A stretch of DNA of 64,000 bases from Geosiphon pyriformis uo1 (lineage: Eukaryota > Fungi > Glomeromycota), in assembly GCA_016748015.1 (NCBI GenBank), contig JAAOMT010000197.1:158388-222387 (forward strand). Direction: 5' to 3'. Shown piece by piece: positions 1 through 12,019 of this stretch (position 1 is its first letter; each line of letters starts with the position of its first letter). Position numbers and translations under genes: made by a program. The notes under the pieces were generated by a model. The model was not told the DNA's origin. It was given only the letters and a program-made list of their open reading frames with translations, and did no database searches.

Positions 1-650
1 CTGTCAAAATCCAACTCATTTAATTCCCTTTCTTGAAGTATTTCCTGGATTTTGTTTTCAAGAATTACTTGTGTTATTTGGGTCTGTAATTTTTCAAATT
101 GAGTCTTGGTGATCTTTCCCAATTGATTACTGGTAACTCTATTTATTGTTTTGTTGAGTAATATTTCTGGTCTATCCTGAAATGCTGTGTGTATTTGGTA
201 TATGGCTCGGGCCTGTGTGGATAAGTTGTTTTTTCCCACAAAATGTTTTAATTGTTGTAGTATTTTTTTGTCGAATAATTGCTTTGTTTTATCCATATAT
301 AGATTCTGGATATTTATATGTTGTCCCAAGTAAAAATAACAATAGTTTCGTGGAAATTATTGTATCCACTAATTCCAAGTTTCTTTAGTCAACTCTTGAT
401 ATAGTGACTTTTTTGTCAACTCTTTTATTGCTAATTTTACTTTTGCAATGATTTTGTCTACTGTATTTTCAGTTTTCTTCTGTGTTCTGAGTTGCAATGT
501 CTTTCTAGTATCTTGATATCAAATGGTTTGTTGATTGATTGTAATCTCCATTTCCTGGTGTTGAATTAATTGAAAGAGTTGTTGTGCTAGTGAGTGAATG
601 TTGTCTGTAATTTCTATTTTTCTGATATTTCCTGTCATGTCTATCATGTC
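1..650 (-). pseudogene. Element A ORF3 (env-position ORF of unknown function), degenerate
   Basis: Manual translation gives NLSTQARAIYQIHTAFQDRPEILLNKTINRVTSNQLGKITKTQFEKLQTQI, which aligns by eye to ORF3 of D (43648-44040) and B. Start is approximate. Confidence 0.75.
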
Positions 651-689
651 TTTATATATTTTTTTTATGGATCAATTTAATGTGTTGTT

Positions 690-2914
690 GTTGATAATCA
701 CGATTGGTTTCAGATCTCATGGAGTTTCATCTGGTTGGACTAGTATTCTCTGTACTCCTAATTGTGGAATATTACTGATAGATGGTAGTGTAATATTGTG
801 GTATGGTTTCAGTCGATCTCTATGTGCTGCTTTGGTTAAAATTTTGTTATCCAGTCTTAATTTGTAAGCACCATTCCCTAGAATTTCTTCTATGTAAAAT
901 GGTCCATTCCATTTGGGGTCAAATTTTCTACTCCATTGTTTTTCTGCTTTGGTATGATGTAAGAGTACTTTGTCTCCAATTTGAAATTCAACTGGTTTGT
1001 TTAGTAGTTGACTATTGTGTTTTTTTTTCTGTTTTTCTTTGTGACTTTTGAATATTATCAGCTGCTCTTTTTTGTTTATTTTCCAATGTTTCTATTAAGT
1101 CATATGTTTTTCTCAACAATGTTTCTTGAAAATTTTTTTCTGTTATTGGTTCAGCTAGATAGGTATTAATTTCTCTCTCTACTGGTAATGTTGCTGTTCT
1201 ACCATATACTAATTCAAATGGTGTTGCTTGTGTAGTATCTTGCTTCATTGTCCAATAAGCAAATAATACTGATGGTATGAACAAATCTCATTTGTCCTGG
1301 TTTTCTTGGCTGAGTTTGGCAATTGCTTCACACAATGTTCTGTTGAATCTTTTGACTAATTCATTGGTTTGTGGATGGTATGGTGATGATAGTGGTCTCT
1401 TAATTCCGAATCTTTGGCTCAATTCTGTTAATGTTCTGTTCACAAAATGAGTTCCTTGGTCTGATAATAATTTCTTTGGACATCCATGTCAACAAATTAA
1501 ATCTTGATAAATGAATTCGGCAATGGATTCTGCATCTGCTCTTTGAATTGCTTTCGCCTCTGGCCATTTAGTGAGATAATTCATGGCTACTGTTATATAT
1601 CTGTTTCCTCTGCTGGTGATTATTAATGGTCTGACTAAATCAATTCCAATCTGGTTGAATGGTTGTCCTACTTTGATTAGTCTTAATGGTTCACTGGGTC
1701 TTGTTCCTTTTTTTTGCTAACAAGCATCACAATTTTGAATATATTGAATGATATCTGGGTACATTGATGGCCAATAGTATCTCTTTCTGGTTCTTTCTAT
1801 GGTTGCTTTTTTGTAAAAATGTCCTGCTGTTGAATTTGAGTGCATGTTGAATAATATTGTCTCTTTTTCTGGCTCTGTAATTACTCTGGTTGGCTGATCT
1901 GAATTCCTTCTATTTTTCCAATAAAGTATATTTTGGTAAGTGATAAAATATTTTGATTGTTGTTTGATACTCTTTCATTCCATTTGAGATAAATTCTCCT
2001 TGAACTATTAAGTATTTATATAATGTTGCAGTTGTTGATATTTTTGTATGTTCATCTTTTTGTTATATTTTCGTTGATATTATTCTGGTTTTGTTATATT
2101 TTTGGGTTGAAATGTTCTTAGATTTGTTTTATTCGTGATAAACCGTTAGCATTTCCATTGTCTTTTCCCTTTTTATAATATATGGTATACTTATATGGTA
2201 CAAATGTCATTTTCTATCTTGACTGTCTTCCATCTCCAAATTCTTGTTTTTGAAGTGATGTTAATTCTTTGTGATCTGTGTATACTTCAAACTTCTAACT
2301 CAAGTATTCTTTCCATTTCATGACTGCTCAGTATATTGCTAAGTGTTCTTGTTCTGGTATTCCATAGTTCTTTTTGGCTGGTATTAAATCTCTGCTGGCA
2401 TATGCTACTGGATGTTCTCTGCCGTCTGGTCTTTTCTGAGATAATACTGCTCCCAATGCTTGGCCGGATGCATCGGTGGTGATGATGAATAGTTTGCTGT
2501 GATCTGGATAGATCAGTACTGGAGCTTGGATGAGCTTTCTTTTCAGAATATCAAAAGCTTCTTGTTAATTTTCTATCCATTCATATTTTGTATTCTTATT
2601 TTGCAGTTGGTTGAGTGACTGCGCTATCTTGGAAAAGTTCTTGATAAAACGTCGATAATAGCTAGCAAATCCCAAGAATGATTTTAGTTCTGTCATATTG
2701 GTCAGCACTGGAAAGTTCTTTACTATCTCTATTTTCTCCAGATCCGTTTTGATGCTGTCTTTGCTGACTATGTGTCCTAAGAATTTTAGTTCTGTCTTGT
2801 TGAAGAAGCATTTTGTTGTATTTAACTTTAGTCCTGCTTTTCTTAGTCTTTCGAACACTTGTTGAAGATAATGAAGATAATCATCAAATGTTTTTGAAAA
2901 TACATTGGTGTCAT
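690..2914 (-). pseudogene. Element A pol 3' part: RT thumb, RNase H, integrase
   Basis: ORF 2565-2858 (LKFLGHIVS, FLGFASYYRRF) and ORF 1012-1284 (TPFELVYGR); many stops. Confidence 0.9.
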
Positions 2915-3609
2915 TGTTACCAGTAGAATTTTAGCTATTAATTNNNNNNNNNNNNNNNNNNNNNNNNNNNNNNNNNNNNNNNNNNNNNNNNNNNNNNNNN
3001 NNNNNNNNNNNNNNNNNNNNNNNNNNNNNNNNNNNNNNNNNNNNNNNNNNNNNNNNNNNNNNNNNNNNNNNNNNNNNNNNNNNNNNNNNNNNNNNNNNNN
3101 NNNNNNNNNNNNNNNNNNNNNNNNNNNNNNNNNNNNNNNNNNNNNNNNNNNNNNNNNNNNNNNNNNNNNNNNNNNNNNNNNNNNNNNNNNNNNNNNNNNN
3201 NNNNNNNNNNNNNNNNNNNNNNNNNNNNNNNNNNNNNNNNNNNNNNNNNNNNNNNNNNNNNNNNNNNNNNNNNNNNNNNNNNNNNNNNNNNNNNNNNNNN
3301 NNNNNNNNNNNNNNNNNNNNNNNNNNNNNNNNNNNNNNNNNNNNNNNNNNNNNNNNNNNNNNNNNNNNNNNNNNNNNNNNNNNNNNNNNNNNNNNNNNNN
3401 NNNNNNNNNNNNNNNNNNNNNNNNNNNNNNNNNNNNNNNNNNNNNNNNNNNNNNNNNNNNNNNNNNNNNNNNNNNNNNNNNNNNNNNNNNNNNNNNNNNN
3501 NNNNNNNNNNNNNNNNNNNNNNNNNNNNNNNNNNNNNNNNNNNNNNNNNNNNNNNNNNNNNNNNNNNNNNNNNNNNNNNNNNNNNNNNNNNNNNNNNNNN
3601 NNNNNNNNN

Positions 3610-6600
3610 TGCATCAACAATTATCTTTTTGGAAACTACAATATTTCAGAAGTTAGAAGCAACCTCTACAATAATTTAGTGCACTATTCACAATTGGGAA
3701 CAGAAAACCTGAACAGTAAAACACTTGCTACCTACTTCCAAGAACTTAATTTTAACATTATTGAGTATTGTGAAGAAAAATACCCAGTACAGTTTAAATA
3801 CTCTTTTGACTTTGAATCAGAGACAAAAACAAGCAACAAAGGCAAACAAAAATTGAAGCAATACTCAAGAACCACTCCAAACACTCCAACACTACAAAAG
3901 ACAACTGCCAAACACTTGCAAACACCTCAACAAGGAACCAGTGTCAAATTACTGCTTTCTATTACATCATTTCCAATTTCACTTGTTCGACCACAAACAC
4001 CAAGTTCACCACTTAACTGTTTCTCCAGACCAGAAGATTTTCAGTCACCTAGAAATCCTACTCAACAGCAGGAACCAATATCAACAAGTGCCAATATCAT
4101 TGATTACTTACAAGAAAACGAAAGTAATCACTCAGAAAGCTTGGAAAGTAAAGAAACTGAATCAAAACCAGAAGAAATTCTAGAAAATGAAGAAGAAATG
4201 GCAACTGCTTACATTGCAAAAATCCCAGAATTCACTGGTGAAAACAATGATACCAGTCCTCAAGAATGGCTTGACAAGGTTCAAAAAGCAGAAGACACAA
4301 ATGGTTGGATTGCAGCAAAAATGCTCAAAGCAATTCCCTACTTTTTCTAAGGAACAGCAGAAGAATGGTTTGAAAATTTAGAAGAATCATTTGAAAACTG
4401 GCAAGCATTCAAAGATGCTTTTCTACAACAATTCACCGACAACAATACCTCTATCATTCTTAGAAACTGCTTTTACAATATCAAACAAGAAACATTTAAA
4501 TCTGTTATGACTTATCTTGGAAGATTTAACAAACTTCTCAGACAAATCTGACAATTAGAAACCAATGACTACTATTTTGATGCTCAAATTCTGGATCAGT
4601 TTATAGCAGGATTAAAAGACAAACTGATTAAAAAAGTTCATTTACATGCTCCAGCAGACTTAGCAACTGCTATTAGACATGCAAAGAGCTATGAAATGGC
4701 AATGGAAGAAGCAAATCACACCAAGCTTGTAAACCTTGCAATTAAAAAAACCAGCTCAGCAGTTGAAGAAAAGATAGACCAACTCACAAAGAAAGTTGAA
4801 AGCTATTTTACAAACCAACAACAACAGCAGCAACAACCACAAAGATATCAACCACCACAACAATGCAACCAAAACAATTTTGGATTACCATCCAACAAAC
4901 AATCTCAAAATTGTTATTATTGTGGAATTCCAGGACACTGGAAATGAGATTGTAGAAAATTGCAAAGAGACCAACAAAACAGGAGTAATTAACGTTACTC
5001 TTCATCACAACAATCCTATTACCAATTTCCACCACCAACCTATTATTCACCAAAACCACAAAATCAAAACTATTATCCACCAGCTCCACAATCAATACAG
5101 CAACAATATCAGCAATCTTTACCAATTCAGCCATATCAGACACCACCCACTCAACAATATCAAGTACCAGCAAGAAGATTGGTTTAACATAATCAATTCA
5201 CACCCCAAAATCAATTGCAGAATAACCACAACAGAATCAATCCAAATAACCAGTTGGTTTCCCAAAATTCTGGTCAGCAAAGACCCAATCACTATCACAC
5301 TCAACCCAGTTATCTTACAATACCAGAGAAATCGGATTTTCAACAAACTGCACTTTCTGAAAATGAAGTTGCAGTGCTAAGATCAAACCCTTCCAACCAC
5401 ACCATTCCACCAGCTCAAATTGCCCAAAATGCTAATCTGTCAGATATATTTCTATTTGAATTTAAAGCAAATGAATNNNNNNNNNNNNNNNNNNNNNNNN
5501 NNNNNNNNNNNNNNNNNNNNNNNNNNNNNNNNNNNNNNNNNNNNNNNNNNNNNNNNNNNNNNNNNNNNNNNNNNNNNNNNNNNNNNNNNNNNNNNNNNNN
5601 NNNNNNNNNNNNNNNNNNNNNNNNNNNNNNNNNNNNNNNNNNNNNNNNNNNNNNNNNNNNNNNNNNNNNNNNNNNNNNNNNNNNNNNNNNNNNNNNNNNN
5701 NNNNNNNNNNNNNNNNNNNNNNNNNNNNNNNNNNNNNNNNNNNNNNNNNNNNNNNNNNNNNNNNNNNNNNNNNNNNNNNNNNNNNNNNNNNNNNNNNNNN
5801 NNNNNNNNNNNNNNNNNNNNNNNNNNNNNNNNNNNNNNNNNNNNNNNNNNNNNNNNNNNNNNNNNNNNNNNNNNNNNNNNNNNNNNNNNNNNNNNNNNNN
5901 NNNNNNNNNNNNNNNNNNNNNNNNNNNNNNNNNNNNNNNNNNNNNNNNNNNNNNNNNNNNNNNNNNNNNNNNNNNAGAGGAGGAGTATGTGATCAAACCT
6001 GTCAATATGCTCTATCAATTTCGGAAAAAGTCAGAAGAAGAACACCATTTGATGCAGCATACAACAGTGCTCTCAATAAACTTTACCACTACTCTTATGA
6101 TGCTGAAATGATTTTTGACTTAGCAATGGCATTGATCAATGGAGCCACCCAAGAAGATGTCCGCCAAATGAAAGAAGCTGAATATATTGAGTATACTATA
6201 GAATTAGCTGGATTTGATTATAAAGATGAAGTAGAAACCTACCACCAAATTGCAAGCCATACATATCCGACCAAAGAAGCTCAAATTCAACAATTAGAGC
6301 AAATGAACATTCAATTGTGTAAAGAATATGTTATGCCTTGTGATGACCAATGGTGTTTAGAATGTTATGCTCTTAGCATTCCTTTGCCAGATGAGAATGA
6401 TGAAAATGAAATTGAATTTGGAGTATTTGAACTAGTAGAAGAACTACCAACCACTCCCATCTATCTTCTTGAAAAGCAACCACCTCTACAACTTAAATAT
6501 TTTGACAACCATGGCCAAGAAATCAGACCAGAAAAAGCACACAAAATTGATGCTAGATATGACCTAAGATACCCAGGAAAAGATACTTTGATTTTCCAAC

Positions 6601-9600
6601 CAAAGTTTTTGACAAAAATCAATCTCAAAATTGCTCTTGAAATTCCACCAAGAGCAATGATTCAAATTGCCTCCAGATCATCATTGGCAAGCAAAGGAAT
6701 CAATATTAGAGGAGAAGTTATAGATACAGGATACACTAGAGACATTACTATCATGTTACAGAATGAGACAGACAAACCATTCAAAATTGAACATGCTGAA
6801 AAAATTGCTCAAGCAATTTACTTACTCTTAATCAACATTTCGGGTTTACAATCAGTAAACAACAGAGAACAATCGGGAAAAAGTGAAAGAGGAACTCAAG
6901 GTTTTGGTTCAACTGGACGATTTACAGTCCCAGTAAACATAGTTCTTAATACACAAAATGAATCTCACCAGATTCTTCAACTTCCTCAGCCAATTATCAT
7001 TTCATCTTTTGGAGAACATCACGAAATTTACACTTGCTCAAAACCCACCACTACACAACAAATCTTTGAATCCAATGAACAAATCTGTTTGAAGCATGAA
7101 ATATCAATTTCAAACGTTTATATTCCCAAAGGAATGAAAAAATTTCAAGTTACATTCTACAACCCCAATAATTACCCTATTGTTTTATTAAACAAATTAG
7201 AAATTGGAATCATACACAACAATATCTTTCAAGATGAAAACCCTCAAATTGTCTCTAATTTCATCAAAATTGTAAAGCACACTCTACTCCCAAATTCAAA
7301 TATCATTTCCATTACTAAAAACTATCACTTGTTGAAAGAAAAACTCTCTCAAATCAATATGGGTCTCTTAGAATCTCAACAACAAAAACAATTGAAACAA
7401 TTGATAGCTGAATTTGCAGATATATTTGCAAAAAACAACAATGACTTGGGAAAAACAGACATTGTTCAAAATCAGATCCATATAGGAGATGCTCTACCAA
7501 AACGTCAACAAGCTTATCAAATGCCACCTGCCAGCCACCAATTTATCAGAGAAGAGGTTCAAAGAATGCTCAATAATGGATTGATTCAATCATCAAGAAG
7601 TCCTTGGGCCTCACCAGTAGTTTTAGTTAAAAAGAAAAACGGAAAAATCAGATTCTGTGTTGATTATAGACAACTGAATAGTGTTACAATTGGAGATGCC
7701 TACCCTCTTCCAAGAATTGATGACATGCTAGATGCTCTAGAAAAAGCCAAGTTCTTTTCAACTTTAAACCTGGAAAGTGGATACTGACAAGTCGAAATGA
7801 ACCCAAAAGATAGACCCAAAACAGCATTCACCACTCAAGGAAGAAATTATGAGTTTAATGTTATGCCTTTTGGACTCTGCAATGCACCAGCAACATTTCA
7901 GCAACTCATGGATGTTGTCTATAAAGAGCTTTTATGGCAATCAGTAGTTGTTTATCTTGATGATACTGATGTATACTCACCAAGCTTTGAAGCTCATCTC
8001 ATTTACCTGTAAGAAGTTTTTCAACGATTACGGAAAGCAGGATTAAAGTTAAATATTGAGAAATATCACTTTAGAAAAACAAGCTTGATTTTTCTTGGAC
8101 ACATAGTTAGTAAAGATGGAATCAAACCAAATCCAGGAACAATCAGTGCTGTCAAAAACTTTCAAACCTCCAGAAATACTACAGAACTAAGAGGATTTGT
8201 GGAATTAGTCTCTTACTATCGAAAATTCATAAAAGGATTCTCAGAAATTGCCAAACCACTCAATTATCTTACCAACAAAAACGTACCATACAAATGGACT
8301 GAAGAACAACAAAAAGCTTTTGAAATTCCCAAAACAAAATTGACAACAGCCCAGTTCTTGCTTACCCAGACTTCAACAAACGATTCCAATTAACCATTGA
8401 TGCCTCACACATAGTATTTGGTGTCATCTTATCACAATTGGATGAAAATGGCCAAGAACAAGTTATTGCCTATGTCAGCAGAACACTCAAGCCAACAGAA
8501 CTCAAATATGGCTCAACTGAATTAGAAACTGCTGCAGTTATTTGGGCTCTTAAACATTTTCAACAATATCTGAAAAATGGAAAAGAATTTAACATAATAA
8601 CAGACAACATTGGCCTCAAATGGCTCAATAAAAAGAAAACTGAACAAAGTGCCAAACAGTTTCGATGGAATGACTTCTTAGCAGACTACAGATATATTGT
8701 ATACCACAAACCAGGAAAACTACATATCAATGTTAATAACCTCTCAAGAATGAGACAAGATTAATACCAACAACAATTCCACCACAACTTACCAACTTAC
8801 CAACAAAATAACCAAACAAGAATGGATCCCAGAAACTACAGCAATCTTAAAAATTATTTGGAGACTCTTATCATGTCAGAAAACTGGTCTCCAAGTGAAA
8901 AACACTGCTTACAACACCAATCAAAATAATATTTCATACACCAGAACAAAATCTATTATAAAAATCACAGAAAACCAAACCAGCCACTCAGATTAGTACA
9001 AGAAAATGAAAAAGAAACAATTTTATACAACATGCACACAGATCTGTCTGGGAAAAAAGGAAACAATTCAAAGAACCCTTGAACATTATTTTTGGCTTCA
9101 CATACAAAAAGACATTCGACAATATGTAGAATCTTGTGATAATTGTCAAAGAAGAAGAGGAACTCACCTCACAGAACTTCTAAATCCAATCAAAGTTGGA
9201 CAACCTTTTAACAGAGTTGGAATTGATTTAGTTGGACCATTACCTATTACAATCCAAGAAAATTGTTATATTGCAGTTGCAGTGGATTATCTTACCAAAT
9301 GGTCTGAAGCTAGAGCCATCCAAAAAGCAGATGCAAAATCAATAGCAAATTTCATCTATGAAGACATTATCTGTAGACATGGATGCCCAATTGAACTCTT
9401 ATCTGATCAAGGAACACATTTTGTGAACAACTTGATACAAGAAATTTGTGAAGGGTTTAATGTCAAAAGACCTCTATTATCACCTTATCACCCTTAAGCA
9501 AATAAACTTGTAGAATGTTTCAACAGAACATTGTGTGAATTTCTAGCCAAAGTCTCAACAGACTTTGAGCAGGAATGGGATATCTTTATTCCATCAGTGT

Positions 9601-10196
9601 TACTAGCATACAGAACACTAAAACAAGATACTACGAAACACACACCATTTGATCTTACTTATGGAAGGACAGCAACATTACCAATTAATTTCATAGTAGA
9701 AACATATCCAGTGCAACCAATCAATGAAGAAAACTTTCAAGAGACACTCCAAAGAAGAGCCTATACTCTTCTTAGTACACTAAAAGGAAAAAAAAGAATA
9801 GCAGCAACTCATATTGAACATTCCCAAGCTCAACAAAAAGAAAGACATGACAACAAATTACCACCTATTACCAACGAATTTAAAGTTGGAAATAAAGTTC
9901 TCTTACACAGAACTAAGGCTGAAAAACAATGGAGTGGGAAATTTGAAAACAAATGGGATGGATCATTTTATATTTACGAAATTCTAGGCAATAGATCATA
10001 TAAGTTAAGACTTGATGACAAAATATTAGCAAAAGTTACACATGGAGACAGATTAAAACACTATTATTCCAGAAACAATCCTGAACCATTAATTCCACAA
10101 ATTGGTACACATTCCCCTTTAATTAATCCTGAAGATATTCCCCGAAATTTAGAACCAATAATTATAATAGAACAACAACCAAACTTGAACACTTAA
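3610..10196 (+). pseudogene. Element B gag-pol (gag with CCHC knuckle, dUTPase, RT, RNase H, integrase), multiple stops
   Basis: CYYCGIPGHWK knuckle; dUTPase motifs ([25 protein letters not shown]); [19 protein letters not shown]; integrase GIDLVGP, SDQGTHF; no chromodomain visible. Confidence 0.93.
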
Positions 10197-10338
10197 ATTT
10201 TACAATAATTCTCTAATAAAAACACAAAGACAAAAATAGTAAATAATTACAAAACACCCAAACCCAAAAACAAATAAAAACTCCATATCCAAAAATAATT
10301 TTTTTTATTCTTTCTTTTCATAATTAGTCAATTTTATT

Positions 10339-11046
10339 ATGATTATTCCCCGAAATATTCAACAAATATCCCAAAAATTAATGTTAACCTTGAAAACACT
10401 TCCTAACTTATCTATAATGATTAATGGAAGTCAAATTAATTATATTCAGAAAGAAACCACAGCCCCAGTAGCAAATTATTTACAGAACTATCACCCCTAT
10501 AGAAGAAAAACAAGAAGTCACTCTAAGAATAGATTACCAAGACTTTTGAAGCAGGCACTAGAAGAAAATCTTTTAATTGCCTCTATTGACATTTCACCAA
10601 ATGCTACAATGCAACAAAAACTTCTACTACTTCTTAATGAACAGAACAATAAACACACCCCTATCTATAAATACTTTCAAATTGGAAAAACACTTTATAA
10701 ACGAAAACTGGAACTTGAAGCAACAAATCTCACTCCTGAAATTATACAAAAACAAATCCACAATGAATTCAAAACAGCAGCTGGACCAACAAACACTCGC
10801 TACAGACTTAGAGCAGCTTTTAGACTCTATGACTTGTTTAATACTTGTAAAAATGTTTTACAAAATCTAATACTGCAACCAATGAAAGTCCAATACATTG
10901 GCAAACTCACAGAACTGAAATTTCAACAATTTTCAGACCAGATTACTTCAATTATTTTAGATTACTATCTCAATATTACAGATAGTGCTTGGACTTTGAT
11001 GGAGCTCAGTCTTGAGAAGGAAATTATGTTACCAGTAGAATTTTAG
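10339..11046 (+). CDS. Element B ORF3, 235 aa, unknown function, still open, runs through the PPT into the 3' LTR
   Basis: Uninterrupted ORF downstream of integrase; shares YxxxxIGK, AA(F/Y)xLYxxF and IGxxTxxxF motifs with ORF3 of A and D. Confidence 0.8.
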   Translation: MIIPRNIQQISQKLMLTLKTLPNLSIMINGSQINYIQKETTAPVANYLQNYHPYRRKTRSHSKNRLPRLLKQALEENLLIASIDISPNATMQQKLLLLLNEQNNKHTPIYKYFQIGKTLYKRKLELEATNLTPEIIQKQIHNEFKTAAGPTNTRYRLRAAFRLYDLFNTCKNVLQNLILQPMKVQYIGKLTELKFQQFSDQITSIILDYYLNITDSAWTLMELSLEKEIMLPVEF

Positions 11047-12019
11047 CTATTAATTAGCATGAAATTACCCTTATAATTCCTATAATTCATTAGTATATTA
11101 ATATCATTTCAAATTATCATTTATTATTTAATCAATTATCACATATCATGATTCAATTAAAATAATCTAATTAGTATAACAGAAAGTAGGATAATTAAAT
11201 TACACAATACCCTGAACTTTGTAACATTCAAAAATTCGCCGAAATTTACAGAAATTTGCCGAAATTTATAAGAAATTTGCTGAAATTATGAATAGTTCAT
11301 CCAAATTAATCAATAGTTCAGCGAAATAATTTGTAATTCATCAAAATATATCTTTAGTTTGCTGAAATTTGAGCAAAGAGAAAAAGTACAAGTTCATAGA
11401 CTAGTATTACAATAAGTTGTATAAAAAAAGAGCTTTTTTCTTCTGGAAAATGTATCTTACTTTAGATTTATCACTTAGAACCATTCCTACACACACAAAA
11501 AGAAATAAATATCAAATAATTTGAAAAACCAAACTTTTTAAATTATTGCACTTGGAAAATCCTCAAAACCCAACTAACGTTTTAAAATTGATTAGCTACC
11601 AATTTCAGTAAACTGTTAGTAACTCCAGACCTGGATAGAAAACATTTCTCTTGACAAAATTCTATTTCTTTTACATTTCTTTTATTTTTCTTTTCTTTTC
11701 TTATTACAATTATTAGGGTAGCCTACAGACAAGATTCTTGTAGAAGAGTTGACTTTGACAGCAAAGTAACTATACATTTTAGTGAGCTTCCAGATGAGCA
11801 ATTTCTGGGAAAGAGTTGATGTTTACTACAACATAACTACATAAAGTAACTGACATGGAATTGGCCATTCCACTTATAAGCCCAGCAAATTCAAATTATA
11901 GAAGATAATTTGAAGATAAATTCAGTTATTGGAGGTTCAACTACTTCTTGAGAATGTGAATTCACAGCAAATCAACATTACCAACATTTAAAAAAAGAGA
12001 CCAAAAACCTCCAGTAACA
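11027..12019 (+). repeat. 3' LTR of element B (993 bp)
   Basis: TGTTAC...GTAACA termini; preceded by purine tract GAGAAGGAAATTA (11014-11026); internal GAAATTT short repeats at ~11237-11370. Confidence 0.93.

Larger units (their letters stand above)
2915..12019 (+). mobile_element. Ty3/Gypsy-type LTR retrotransposon B (full-length, decayed)
   Basis: Starts TGTTACCAGTAGAATTTTAGCTATTAATT at 2915, identical to 11027; ends GTAACA at 12019; TSD TCAT/TCGT; internal gag, dUTPase, RT, RH, IN, ORF3. Most of the 5' LTR, the PBS and the protease fall in N-gaps. Confidence 0.95.

Noticed and set aside
9870-10196. Chromodomain at the integrase C-terminus
   Set aside because: Only a GPF/Y-type, SH3-like tail is seen; no Y.VKW.G signature.
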